A stretch of DNA of 46,966 bases, from the IMG/VR virus record IMGVR_UViG_3300037484_000186, positions 1-46,966 of that record; one strand, given 5' to 3'. Positions 14,368-23,949 of the stretch are shown here, in pieces. The translations under genes and the position numbers were made by a program. Each line of letters begins with the position of its first letter. Within the stretch, counting starts at the first letter, position 1. The stretch is from a virus (Duplodnaviria > Caudoviricetes). A model generated the notes under the pieces. That model was given only the letters and a program-made list of their open reading frames with translations, was not told the DNA's origin and searched no databases.

Positions 14368-16761
14368 ATGACCAGCAGTTACCAACAGCAATTGGCACTG
14401 GAGCAAGAAGGCGTATCGTTAGGCATCAAGAAATACCGGGAAAATCTGCTGGATCGAGACCTCACTGACCTACCTCCCGGTCTCAGACTGATGAAAATGG
14501 TCATGGAACCCTTCAGCAAACGCATAACAGAGTGGCTGGATGAACCCGGAGCTGGTCAAGCAAACCGTTGGAAACCCTTCTTTCGGCAGTTCGACCCAAA
14601 TGTAATTGCTTTCTTAACAGCAAAGAACATCATCAACCACCTAGCTTCTAGTGTAACAAGATCTTATCAAAGCATAGCGTTGGGTGTCACGGACATGTTG
14701 TGTTCTCACCTAGACTATGAAGCTTTCAAGAGAGAATCTCCGGGTCTGGTGTACACCATAGAGAAAGATAACAGATGGGCTTCAGCATCCCACAGAAGAG
14801 CTACCCTCCTAAGAGCAAAGAAAAAACACATGGGTGACTCAACAAGTATCCCTGCTCCGACCAAACTTCATATAGGACATCGCTGCATAGAGATGTTCAT
14901 AGAGTCTACGGGGTTGGTGGAGAAGGTGTTGCTCAGGAGAGTTTCTGGCAAAGAGAACTACATTCTGCAAGCTACTAAGATCACTCAGGAGTGGCTTGAG
15001 AAGGCCAACAGCGATTGTGAACTCCTGCAACCCATGTTCTTTCCCATGATCGTTACCCCTAGGGATTGGACCAGTCCAGTCGGAGGTGGATTCCTCACCA
15101 ACCACGGTACTCTCCAAGTCCCACTTGTCAAGACAAACCACAAGGAACTGATGGCGCTGGCAGACCAAGATCTGAGCAAAGTGTACGCGGCCATCAACGC
15201 TGTCCAACATACTGAGTGGCGGATCAATCGTCGTATCCTTGATGTCATGTCTGAAGTTTGGTTGGTCGGGGATAGAGCGGGACTTCCTGCCAAGGAAATT
15301 CAAGAGATCCCCCGCAAAACTTGGGAGGAGACAGCGAACCCAACTCGGGAACAACTGATAACGTGGAAAAAAGCAGCTACCACAGTTTATGAGCAACACG
15401 CGAGGAACAGCAGCAAACGCATAGCCACAGAAATCAAACTTCACATTGCCAAGAGGATGATGAATGAGCAGAAAATCTACTTCGTCTGGAACCTCGACTG
15501 GAGAGGGCGCATGTACCCGATCCAATCGTTCGTCAATCCTCAAGCAGATGATAGCGGAAGAGCGCTTCTTGAGTTTGCTGATGGAAAAAGTCTGGGGAGC
15601 GATGGGGCGTTCTGGCTCGCCGTACACGGGGCCAACACCTTCGGCTACGACAAAGCGAGTTTCGAAGAAAGGGTAGAGTGGGTGATCGAGAATGAACCAG
15701 CTATTCTCGGCACAGCAGACGACCCGATGAGCATGCTGGCGTGGTGGGAACAAGCAGACTCTCCATTCCAGTTTCTTGCTTTCTGCTTTGAATGGGCGGG
15801 GTACAGACAAGAAGGGGAAACATATGTTTCGAATTTACCTGTTGCTCTGGATGGTTCATGTAACGGCCTCCAGAACTTTTCGGCTATGCTTCGGGACGCG
15901 GTGGGCGGTAAAGCTACTAATCTGGTCCCATCTGAAAGCCCAAGCGATATCTATCAACAAGTTGCCAACCTACTCAGCGAAAAAGTTAGCGTTGATAGCG
16001 CGGCTGGAGAAAGACTGGCTCTTCCGTGGGTTGGTCACATTGATCGAAAGATAACCAAACGAGGCGTAATGACCACGCCCTACGGCGTGACGCGATACGG
16101 GCTGACTAAGCAACTCCAATTTGAAGTCGAAAAGATCGACAAGAATTACCTCGGAGTGGAGCTGGCAGGGCCGTATTACATGTACCTCAGTAGTCACCTC
16201 TACGATGCCATAGGCGAAGTCGTGGTAGCGGCTCGCAGTGCTATGGTGTGGCTACAAAAGGTCGCAATGGTGGTCGCCAAGACCGACAAGGTAGTCCGGT
16301 GGTCGACACCCATCGGTTTCACCCCGTGCCAAGAGTACCACCGGCAAAAGCTAATTCGTGTGGATACACTCTTCGGTGGCATCAGGGTGCGTTTTGGTCT
16401 CTGGAAGGACACCATCAGAATCGACAAACGTAGGATGTCGAATGGCATCGCTCCCAACTTCGTTCATTCTCTCGATGCATCTCACCTGATGAGCACCATT
16501 AATCTATGCCGAGAAAATGGGCTACAAAATTTCAGCTGCGTTCACGACAGCTTCGGTACTTTGGCTGCAGACGCCGGAAAACTCGCCTATTACCTGCGAG
16601 AAGCCTTTATCACACAGTACAGCGGGGATGTTCTTCAATCGTTTCGCGATGAGGTGATCGCACAGCTTCCACCTGAACTGGTGGATGAAATTCCACCGCT
16701 ACCTGAGAAGGGAGATCTCGATCTTCAGAAGATCAGGGAATCACGCTATTTCTTTGCCTGA
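14368..16761 (+). CDS. Single-subunit T7-like DNA-directed RNA polymerase
   Basis: DWRGRMY, motif A DGSCNGLQ, motif B RKITKRGVMTTPYG, PNFVHSLDA, motif C VHDSFG. Confidence 0.98.
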   Translation: MTSSYQQQLALEQEGVSLGIKKYRENLLDRDLTDLPPGLRLMKMVMEPFSKRITEWLDEPGAGQANRWKPFFRQFDPNVIAFLTAKNIINHLASSVTRSYQSIALGVTDMLCSHLDYEAFKRESPGLVYTIEKDNRWASASHRRATLLRAKKKHMGDSTSIPAPTKLHIGHRCIEMFIESTGLVEKVLLRRVSGKENYILQATKITQEWLEKANSDCELLQPMFFPMIVTPRDWTSPVGGGFLTNHGTLQVPLVKTNHKELMALADQDLSKVYAAINAVQHTEWRINRRILDVMSEVWLVGDRAGLPAKEIQEIPRKTWEETANPTREQLITWKKAATTVYEQHARNSSKRIATEIKLHIAKRMMNEQKIYFVWNLDWRGRMYPIQSFVNPQADDSGRALLEFADGKSLGSDGAFWLAVHGANTFGYDKASFEERVEWVIENEPAILGTADDPMSMLAWWEQADSPFQFLAFCFEWAGYRQEGETYVSNLPVALDGSCNGLQNFSAMLRDAVGGKATNLVPSESPSDIYQQVANLLSEKVSVDSAAGERLALPWVGHIDRKITKRGVMTTPYGVTRYGLTKQLQFEVEKIDKNYLGVELAGPYYMYLSSHLYDAIGEVVVAARSAMVWLQKVAMVVAKTDKVVRWSTPIGFTPCQEYHRQKLIRVDTLFGGIRVRFGLWKDTIRIDKRRMSNGIAPNFVHSLDASHLMSTINLCRENGLQNFSCVHDSFGTLAADAGKLAYYLREAFITQYSGDVLQSFRDEVIAQLPPELVDEIPPLPEKGDLDLQKIRESRYFFA

Positions 16762-16799
16762 TAGTATGCAGCAAGGCATTACAAACGAGAGGAGAGTAC

Positions 16800-16997
16800 A
16801 TGAGCAAGGCTTATGGGTTGTACCTCAGTTACAACCGCTGGTTACACCAGCTTCCGCTGGATGTGTGCGAGCACATTGAGGTAGCGGATGAGACAGAGAC
16901 AGATCCAGCTGAACTGGATGAGCAGTGGAGTGAGGGGTGTTTCCCCGAGGGTGACGAGATCATTACACCTGACGCAGATGACGAAGAAGACGGGTAG
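16800..16997 (+). CDS. Small highly acidic protein
   Basis: GAGGAG SD; 20 Asp/Glu versus 2 Lys/Arg in 65 aa. Confidence 0.65.
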   Translation: MSKAYGLYLSYNRWLHQLPLDVCEHIEVADETETDPAELDEQWSEGCFPEGDEIITPDADDEEDG

Positions 16998-17199
16998 TAG
17001 GCTCGTATTCGTCCTGCTTACCACTATCTGCTTGGGCTGTGCTGCTGGGATGAAGGAAATACCTACACCCACACCCGGACCACCCATGACGTTCAAAGAG
17101 TGGCAACGACATCACAACGAATACCTCTGGGACAACGAGTGTAAATCGGGTCTCAAAGGTAGTGACCTGATAGCCCCCGGCTATCAATGGAGGATTTGA
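16978..17199 (+). CDS. Putative small lipoprotein
   Basis: MTKKTGSR-LVFVLLTTICLG|C signal-like N-terminus followed by a Pro/Thr linker; stop abuts the SSB start. Confidence 0.45.
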   Translation: MTKKTGSRLVFVLLTTICLGCAAGMKEIPTPTPGPPMTFKEWQRHHNEYLWDNECKSGLKGSDLIAPGYQWRI

Positions 17200-17838
17200 A
17201 TGGCTGAAAAGAAAGCAAGGCTCCCGCGTATCACCACACCCAAGGGAGTAGCAAAGTACCCGTGGCTGTCGAAGCCCGACGTACAGTTCAATACCGATGG
17301 AGTGTACAAGGTCAACTTGCTCATTCCTGCGGCTGAAGCAAGTGAGCTGTGTGAGAAGTTGGACGCAGCTGCAGATGAGGCAGTCGAGCTTGCTAAGGCG
17401 GCTGCAAAATCTCCCGCGCTCGCCAAGCAGATCAAGCGAGCCGACCCCTACCATACCGCGTTGGATGACGCGGGAGAAGACACCGGCAACATCGAGTACA
17501 GATTCAAGATGAATGCTCGGGTCAAGTTCCAAGACAACACGATCAAGGACATGAAGCCCATGATCTTCGACGCGACTGGGAAACAGATCCCTACCTGCCC
17601 GAATGTCTACGGTGGATCACTTCTCAAGATCAACTTCTCCCCGAGCCCCTACTATGCAGCCAATAATAAGACTGCTGGGGTCTCACTTCGCATGAACGCC
17701 GTGCAGATCATCGAGTTGGTAACCGGAGGCGGCGGAGACGCTGGTGCTTTCGGGTTCGACAAGGAAGAGGGCGGGTTCGAGGCCGCTTCGATAGACAACG
17801 GTGGTGAAGCCCCCGGTGCCGGATCAACTGATTACTGA
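17200..17838 (+). CDS. ssDNA-binding protein (T7 gp2.5-like)
   Basis: TTPKGVAKYPWLSKPD, GGSLLK, GVSLRMNAVQIIEL; acidic tail ending in an aromatic residue. Confidence 0.93.
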   Translation: MAEKKARLPRITTPKGVAKYPWLSKPDVQFNTDGVYKVNLLIPAAEASELCEKLDAAADEAVELAKAAAKSPALAKQIKRADPYHTALDDAGEDTGNIEYRFKMNARVKFQDNTIKDMKPMIFDATGKQIPTCPNVYGGSLLKINFSPSPYYAANNKTAGVSLRMNAVQIIELVTGGGGDAGAFGFDKEEGGFEAASIDNGGEAPGAGSTDY

Positions 17839-18220
17839 CCAACGAGGGCTCCGCGAAGGGTATAGAAGCGGGCTCGAAGAGAAGGTAGCCGGGGAACTGA
17901 AAGCCCTCGGCATACCTTTCCTCTTTGAGAAAGTTAAGATCAAGTTTGAGCAACCAGCCAAGCAACGATCTTACACCCCCGACTTCACCTTCTCCAACGG
18001 AGTCATCGTAGAGACCAAAGGTCGCCTAACTACCGCTGATCGACAGAAACATCTCTGGATCAAGGCACAGTATCCTGATTTAGATATTCGCTTCTGCTTC
18101 AGCAACCCGCAGACACGCATAGCTAAAGGATCACCAACAACCTATGCGTTGTGGTGTGACCGTAACGGATTCAAATATAGTAGAGGATCAATCCCTACAG
18201 CGTGGCTCCCGAAGAAGTAA
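17801..18220 (+). CDS. Endonuclease I / Holliday junction resolvase (T7 gp3-like)
   Basis: YRSGLEEKVA, YTPDF, IVETKGR, DRQKHL, LDIRF; start codon uncertain. Confidence 0.95.
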   Translation: MVKPPVPDQLITDQRGLREGYRSGLEEKVAGELKALGIPFLFEKVKIKFEQPAKQRSYTPDFTFSNGVIVETKGRLTTADRQKHLWIKAQYPDLDIRFCFSNPQTRIAKGSPTTYALWCDRNGFKYSRGSIPTAWLPKK

Positions 18221-18735
18221 AGCGGTGTTCAAAGTGCCGGGAGATAAAACCTTTAACTGAGTTTTCCAAAAGCGAAACACGCTGCAAGCGTTGTGTACAC
18301 GACTACTATGCCGCTGATTCAAAAAGAAGATGCAAGCAGATAGCACTAAACACCAAGGTTCGAAAGGACATAAACTACCAACGTGCTTTGTCGTTACTTG
18401 GTGGGTGTTGCACATGGTCTGGATGTTCAGTCAAAGATCCAATCATGCTTGATTTTCATCACCGAGACCCTGCTCAAAAAGATGGGGAACTTGGTAGGTG
18501 GCTACGAGAGCGTGTTTGGTCTCCTGTTTTAGAAGCTGAAGTACTGAAGTGTAATCTTCTATGTTCCAACCACCACCGTTTAGCACACTACCTATTGAGA
18601 AAGGAAGAACCATATGTCTCAGAAGTTATCCCCGCAGCAGAAAGTAGTTATCTCCCACCTGTTAACCGGACAGCCGCTCACGCCGGTATCCGCCCTCGTG
18701 AACTTCGGAGTGGGGCGTCTTGCTTCACGCATTGA
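18202..18735 (+). CDS. HNH-type endonuclease-like zinc-finger protein
   Basis: CSKC..CKRC, LDFHHRDP and KCNLLCSNHHR motifs; C-terminal extension overlaps the next ORF. Confidence 0.7.
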   Translation: MAPEEVKRCSKCREIKPLTEFSKSETRCKRCVHDYYAADSKRRCKQIALNTKVRKDINYQRALSLLGGCCTWSGCSVKDPIMLDFHHRDPAQKDGELGRWLRERVWSPVLEAEVLKCNLLCSNHHRLAHYLLRKEEPYVSEVIPAAESSYLPPVNRTAAHAGIRPRELRSGASCFTH

Positions 18736-18874
18736 CGAGCTGAAGAACCACAAAGGGTATGGTTGTATTGAGATGACCATGAAAAAGGTCGGAAAGAAAA
18801 AGTACGGGAGTTACTCGTTGCCTAGGTGCAAGTTCTGCCGCGACAATGCGCGAGAAGATGGTGTCCTTGCCTGA
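18614..18874 (+). CDS. Small winged helix-turn-helix protein
   Basis: QQKVVISHL..G.PLTPVSALVNFGVGRLASRIDELK motif; AAGGAAG SD. Confidence 0.75.
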   Translation: MSQKLSPQQKVVISHLLTGQPLTPVSALVNFGVGRLASRIDELKNHKGYGCIEMTMKKVGKKKYGSYSLPRCKFCRDNAREDGVLA

Positions 18875-20528
18875 GAGTGAGTTCATAGCCCATACACCGT
18901 GTGAGAAGTGTGGATCTAGTGATGCCAATTCTCTCTACACGGACGGGCACACCTACTGTTTCAGCTGCAAGCATCGCACACAGGGGGACGGGGCTGAAAA
19001 AGCCCCTCCCCTTTCTATTCGAAGGGAAGGCCGAATGTCGGAGCTGATTACGGACTATGAGATAGGCCCCCTGCTTAAGAGGAGGATCAGTGAAGAAACC
19101 TGCAAGAAGTTCGCGTATGGAACTGGTATCTATCGTGGGAAACCTGTACACATTGCGCCCTATTATTCCCTTGACGGAGAACTCGTCGCCCAAAAGCTCA
19201 GATTCCCCGGCAAAGAGTTTAAGTTTGTCGGAGATCCATCAGCAGCTGGGCTATACGGTCAGCAGCTGTGGAGAAATAGTGGAAGACGAGTCGTAGTTTC
19301 AGAGGGCGAGCTTGATGCGATGTCTATTGCTCAAGCTTTCAATCTCAAGTGGCAAGCTGTGTCAGTCCCCAACGGTGCACAGGGGGCCAAGAAATCCATC
19401 GCAAAAAATTTAGAGTGGCTTGAGGGCTTCGATGAAGTTGTACTCGCGTTTGACAATGACGAACCCGGTAGAGCAGCAGCAAGAGAATGTGCTCAGCTCT
19501 TTACTCCGGGTCGTTGCAAGATTCTTTCATGGCCTACAGGTATTAAAGACGCCAGCGACATGCTTCAAGCTGGAAGAGAGGGTGAAGTTGCCACACTGGT
19601 ATTCCAAGCCAAGTCTTACCGGCCTGATGGCATCCTTGCTGGAACAGAACTCAAGCAAAAGATAGATGAGTTCCGAGCAGGTGGTGGGACGTACTTCAGT
19701 TACGACACCCTCCGTCCGAAGCTCGATCTGATGACCCGAGGGTTGCGCAAGGGTGAGCTGGTAATGCTCACGGCCGGCACAGGTATCGGGAAATCTACTG
19801 AAGCAGCAGAGCTAGGGTTTGATCTACTGACCAGACACAAACTTACCATCGGGTATGTAGCGTTGGAGGAGAACCCTCTGCGTACATCGCTGCGTATGAT
19901 GAGCATTGAACTGGATCGTCCTCTCCACCTTGGGTTGGGCGGTATCACAGAAGAGGAGTATGAGAGAGCCTATGTTACGACTGTCGGCTCGGGTCGCTTT
20001 TATCTCTACGACCACTTTGGTTCTCTTGAAAGCGACAACCTCTTATCCAAGCTTAAGTTTCTGGCTAACGGTTGTGGCTGTGACTTCATCGTGCTCGACC
20101 ACATTTCTATTGCTGTATCGGGTCGTGAAGATGGAGACGAACGGAGGATCATAGACAACCTGATGACACACCTGCGTTCCCTTGTGGAACAAACAGGTGT
20201 AGGAGTCATTGCCATCTGCCACCTCAAGAAGCCGCAGGGTAGCGCAACATCTCATGAGGAGGGCGGGAGGGTTACTCTCGATGACCTTAGGGGTTCAGGC
20301 TCCATCAAACAGCTGAGTGACACCGTAATCGGAATCGAAAGGAACCAACAGGATAAGGACGAGTCCGACTACTGTTTGCTCAGGGTGCTCAAGTGTAGAT
20401 TCACGGGTGAGACAGGTATTGCTGACACCCTCCACTACAACAAGCAAACCGGGAGACTCATCGCTGTCGAGCGAGAGGCTCTTACTGAGTTCCAGAGTGA
20501 GACCAAAGAAACCAAGAAGGAGTTCTAG
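18846..20528 (+). CDS. DNA primase/helicase (T7 gp4-like)
   Basis: Zinc ribbon CEKC..CFSC, TOPRIM EGELDA and FDNDEPG, Walker A AGTGIGKS, LDHISI, LRGSGSIKQLSD; start may be 18858. Confidence 0.97.
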   Translation: MREKMVSLPESEFIAHTPCEKCGSSDANSLYTDGHTYCFSCKHRTQGDGAEKAPPLSIRREGRMSELITDYEIGPLLKRRISEETCKKFAYGTGIYRGKPVHIAPYYSLDGELVAQKLRFPGKEFKFVGDPSAAGLYGQQLWRNSGRRVVVSEGELDAMSIAQAFNLKWQAVSVPNGAQGAKKSIAKNLEWLEGFDEVVLAFDNDEPGRAAARECAQLFTPGRCKILSWPTGIKDASDMLQAGREGEVATLVFQAKSYRPDGILAGTELKQKIDEFRAGGGTYFSYDTLRPKLDLMTRGLRKGELVMLTAGTGIGKSTEAAELGFDLLTRHKLTIGYVALEENPLRTSLRMMSIELDRPLHLGLGGITEEEYERAYVTTVGSGRFYLYDHFGSLESDNLLSKLKFLANGCGCDFIVLDHISIAVSGREDGDERRIIDNLMTHLRSLVEQTGVGVIAICHLKKPQGSATSHEEGGRVTLDDLRGSGSIKQLSDTVIGIERNQQDKDESDYCLLRVLKCRFTGETGIADTLHYNKQTGRLIAVEREALTEFQSETKETKKEF

Positions 20529-20993
20529 ATGGCAAAGCATAAACTCGTCATAGAGATTGACGACGAACAACACACAGTCGCCGTCGATCATGACGGGAAG
20601 CAATACCTCCTTGAATCTCTCGCCTTAATCGGGGGGAATGCCGTGACCAAGGAGCTGTTCCTCCAGATGTTCGGAGCTTCCGCCGATGCAGCGTGGGCGT
20701 ATGGGCAGGGGTTCCGCCTCTCCCGTACCCCCGAAGCACCTGAGGGGCTCAACAATTTCTATAAGCAATGCGCGGCTCACGTCTGCAACATCATTGATCC
20801 TGCTGCATTTCGCAATGAGGTTGGAGCGGAGGAGATTCTGAACATGTGGGAGTGCACCGACCAGAGCAAGTGGTTCGGGCAGGACTCAGAAGACGTGCTG
20901 GCTGACAAAGAGAAGAGCGAAGCCAGAAAGAAAGCTGTGTCTCGTGCAATGGCAGGACCAGATGCACCCATTGACCCAAAGAAGTGGAGCTGA
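20529..20993 (+). CDS. Hypothetical protein
   Basis: AAGGAG SD; abuts neighbours. Confidence 0.7.
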   Translation: MAKHKLVIEIDDEQHTVAVDHDGKQYLLESLALIGGNAVTKELFLQMFGASADAAWAYGQGFRLSRTPEAPEGLNNFYKQCAAHVCNIIDPAAFRNEVGAEEILNMWECTDQSKWFGQDSEDVLADKEKSEARKKAVSRAMAGPDAPIDPKKWS

Positions 20994-21263
20994 GTGTACA
21001 TAACAGAGATGGTTGCATACGAAGCCGCTCATGCAACTGAAGAAACTCCGTGGCGGTGCATGAAGTGCGAGACATTAACTCAGCATTCAGCTGAGGGGAT
21101 CACCCCGCATCTTATAGAACATGGGTTCCCTGTTGCATTGCTCAAGAAAGAACATGATGCAATCTTTCTTCACCCCGAACCAGTTAAGAAAGGAGAGACA
21201 GAGGATGGGTTCATTCACGAAGAACTTTCGCAAGCGATTGCTGCGGAAGAAACTGGAGACTAG
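20994..21263 (+). CDS. Hypothetical protein with C2H2-like motif
   Basis: WRCMKC...HLIEH; GGAG SD. Confidence 0.55.
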   Translation: MYITEMVAYEAAHATEETPWRCMKCETLTQHSAEGITPHLIEHGFPVALLKKEHDAIFLHPEPVKKGETEDGFIHEELSQAIAAEETGD

Positions 21264-21270
21264 TAAGACC

Positions 21271-21384
21271 ATGAACTTGTATCTGATCCAGAGAGTGTCA
21301 CAGCTCATGGATGAGAATAAGAAACTCAAAGATGTTCCAGTTCCTCAGACCGAGGCGGTGGAACTATACAAGGAGGCTGTATGA
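21271..21384 (+). CDS. Small hypothetical protein (37 aa)
   Basis: MNLYLIQRVSQLMDENKKLK...; fills the gap and is ATGA-coupled to the next ORF. Confidence 0.45.
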   Translation: MNLYLIQRVSQLMDENKKLKDVPVPQTEAVELYKEAV

Positions 21385-21572
21385 GAAGCATTACATTAAC
21401 CGAAGGGGGCTTTACCTGCGTAGTCACTGAAGACCCAGCGCAAGATCTTACTATCCGGGGCTGGGAATGCCTTATTCGTCAGGCATTAGTTGGTGTTGGT
21501 TTCCATCCTGAGAGTGTAGATGATCTGTTCAATGAAGAGAATGCATGGATCACACAGAAAGAGGATGCTTAA
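21381..21572 (+). CDS. Hypothetical protein
   Basis: AAGGAGG SD; LVGVGFHPESV motif. Confidence 0.65.
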   Translation: MRSITLTEGGFTCVVTEDPAQDLTIRGWECLIRQALVGVGFHPESVDDLFNEENAWITQKEDA

Positions 21573-21580
21573 GGAGGCCT

Positions 21581-23407
21581 ATGTTAGTTTTTGACCTAGA
21601 GACCGATGGATTATTGCCTGAAGTTTCAGTAGTCCACACGTTGTCAACCTATGACACCGAGACCAGAGTATCCACCACCTATGATCTGAAGGAAGTCCGC
21701 AAAGGCATCGACATTGTGATGTCAGCACCTTCTATCGTCGGACACAACATCATCATGTACGACCTCCCAGTCATCAAGAAATTATATGGGCTGGAACCTA
21801 AGGGCCGGGTGAGAGACACCATAGTTCTTGCGCGACTGGCCTACTCCGAGATCAAGGATGTGGACTTCGCTCTCGCCAGAGACGGCAAGCTCCCCGGCAA
21901 ACTCATAGGCAGTCACTCCCTCAAAGCGTGGGGTCATAGGCTTGGGGAGTACAAGGGGGATTATACCGGAGGCTGGGAGAAGTGGTCGCAGGAAATGAGC
22001 GACTATTGTAAGCAGGATATCGTGGTAACCACGTGCTTGCTCCAGAGGATTAACGCCAAGGAATTGCCAGAGGCGGCCATCGAGTTGGAGCATCAGGTAC
22101 AGCACATCATCTACCGTCAGCAATCATACGGATTCCTGTTTGACAAGGACAAGGCTGAGAAGCTGTACTCAACCCTGCTCAAACGACAGAAGGAACTTGG
22201 GCTGAAGCTGGCTGAGTTCTTCCCGCCGTGGACCAAGGAAGAAGTCTTCATCCCGAAGAGGGGCAACAAGACCAGAGGGTATGTAGCTGGTGTTCCCTTC
22301 ACAAAGGTAAAGATCATTGAGTTCAATCCGGCATCTAGAACACACATCGCTCAGCGTCTCACAGCAATGTATGGCTGGAAGCCAAAGCAAGAAGACTTCA
22401 CCGACGACGGTACGCCCAAGTTGGATGAAGAAATTTTGAAGGCACTCCCCTACCCGGAGGCCCCCTACCTCGCTGAATACTTCCTTATCCTCAAACGGAT
22501 TGGGCAGCTGGCAGAGGGGAAGGAAGCATGGCTAAAGAACATCGAGAAGGATGGGCGCATCCATGGCTCAGTAAACTCGATAGGTGCAGTAACAAGGAGA
22601 ATGACTCATGCACATCCAAATGTCGCTCAAACTCCCCGTGTGGGTACCCCTTATGGTGCAGAATGTCGCGATCTGTTTGGTGTTCCTGACGGGAGATCTC
22701 TTGTGGGCGCTGACGCTAGTGGCCTTGAGCTTCGGTGCCTCGCTCATTACTTGGCGGCGCATGACAATGGAGCATACGTTCGAACGGTTGTTGAAGGCAA
22801 TCGAGACGACGAAACTGACGTGCATAGCATTACCTGCAAAGCAATAGGACTCAACCCAAAAACTATTTATACTTTCGGATTGATGACAGCCACAGGTAGA
22901 GACTTTGGAAAAAGATTTATCTACGCCTTTCTGTACGGCGCAGGGAACCTGAAACTAGGTTCGATCCTTGGCAAAGGGGCCGCAGCAGGAGCACAAATGA
23001 AGACCGACTTCATGGCAAAGATCCCCGGCTTGTCGGTCTTAAAGACGGCGGTAGAGAACGCCGCGCGAGCCAACGGAATACTCCGTTCGTTGGACGGCAT
23101 GCCTATGAAGGTGCGCTCTCAACACGCAGCACTCAACACCCTGCTACAAGGAGCGGGGGCGTTGGTTATGAAGAAAGCACTGGTGCTGCTCGATCAGCAG
23201 CTACAGATGCATTACCAACTTGGTGTTGACTACGAGTTCGTCGCCAACATTCACGACGAGTGGCAGATTGAATGCAAAACTGAACACGCAACAGCAGTAG
23301 GAGAGCTTGCTAAGTTCTCATTTGTTCTTGCTGGCAAAGCACTTAATCTTCGCTGCCCGTTGGCTGGTGAATACAAGATAGGAAAGACATGGGCTGAGAC
23401 CCACTGA
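21581..23407 (+). CDS. polA: Family A DNA polymerase with 3'-5' exonuclease (T7 gp5-like)
   Basis: Exo motifs FDLETDG, GHNIIMYD, YCKQD; motif A DASGLELR, motif B KRFIYAFLYGAG, motif C IHDEWQ; AAGGAGG SD. Confidence 0.97.
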   Translation: MLVFDLETDGLLPEVSVVHTLSTYDTETRVSTTYDLKEVRKGIDIVMSAPSIVGHNIIMYDLPVIKKLYGLEPKGRVRDTIVLARLAYSEIKDVDFALARDGKLPGKLIGSHSLKAWGHRLGEYKGDYTGGWEKWSQEMSDYCKQDIVVTTCLLQRINAKELPEAAIELEHQVQHIIYRQQSYGFLFDKDKAEKLYSTLLKRQKELGLKLAEFFPPWTKEEVFIPKRGNKTRGYVAGVPFTKVKIIEFNPASRTHIAQRLTAMYGWKPKQEDFTDDGTPKLDEEILKALPYPEAPYLAEYFLILKRIGQLAEGKEAWLKNIEKDGRIHGSVNSIGAVTRRMTHAHPNVAQTPRVGTPYGAECRDLFGVPDGRSLVGADASGLELRCLAHYLAAHDNGAYVRTVVEGNRDDETDVHSITCKAIGLNPKTIYTFGLMTATGRDFGKRFIYAFLYGAGNLKLGSILGKGAAAGAQMKTDFMAKIPGLSVLKTAVENAARANGILRSLDGMPMKVRSQHAALNTLLQGAGALVMKKALVLLDQQLQMHYQLGVDYEFVANIHDEWQIECKTEHATAVGELAKFSFVLAGKALNLRCPLAGEYKIGKTWAETH

Positions 23408-23496
23408 GGAGGTGTTGTGCAAATTAAATATTGGCAACGAACTTGGGGAGGCATCTTAGGAACCGGCCCCCGCAACGACACATGGGAGGACATTAC

Positions 23497-23949
23497 GTGG
23501 AAGACAAGATCAACCATCCCGTCCACTACACACACGGGATCGAGTGTATCGACTTCATTGAGAGCCAAGATCTCGGCTATCATGCCGGGAATGCTGTCAA
23601 GTATATTACTCGCTATCGCTTCAAGAATGGCGTGGAAGATCTGAAGAAAGCTCGTTGGTACCTTGACCGACTGATCCTGCTGACTGAGGAAAATAAGGTG
23701 GACGACAACGGGTGGAATGAAGATTGTTTCAAACCACTTGGTATCGAAAGCATACACGCACTGGAGCAGACAGAGCACGAGAAACATATAGCAGAGTGCA
23801 AGAAAATGTTTGATTACACCTATGCACAGCGAACACAAGCTCCTATACCGTGGTATCTTGGGCCTGATTGGAGTAAGGATGTTTGTCCTCCAGCAACAGA
23901 AGAGTGTATGTTGAAGTGCAATCATTGTGGGCACAACGCTCGTGGCTAA
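23497..23949 (+). CDS. DUF3310 / T7 gp1.7-like nucleotide kinase domain protein
   Basis: INHPVHY..IECID..GNAVKYITRYRFKNGVEDLKKARWYL; GGAGG SD before GTG 23497. Confidence 0.85.
   Translation: MEDKINHPVHYTHGIECIDFIESQDLGYHAGNAVKYITRYRFKNGVEDLKKARWYLDRLILLTEENKVDDNGWNEDCFKPLGIESIHALEQTEHEKHIAECKKMFDYTYAQRTQAPIPWYLGPDWSKDVCPPATEECMLKCNHCGHNARG

Noticed and set aside
23417-23644. 75-aa ORF with a GAGGAGG SD after polA
   Set aside because: Mostly overlaps the DUF3310 gene in another frame and has no motif support.
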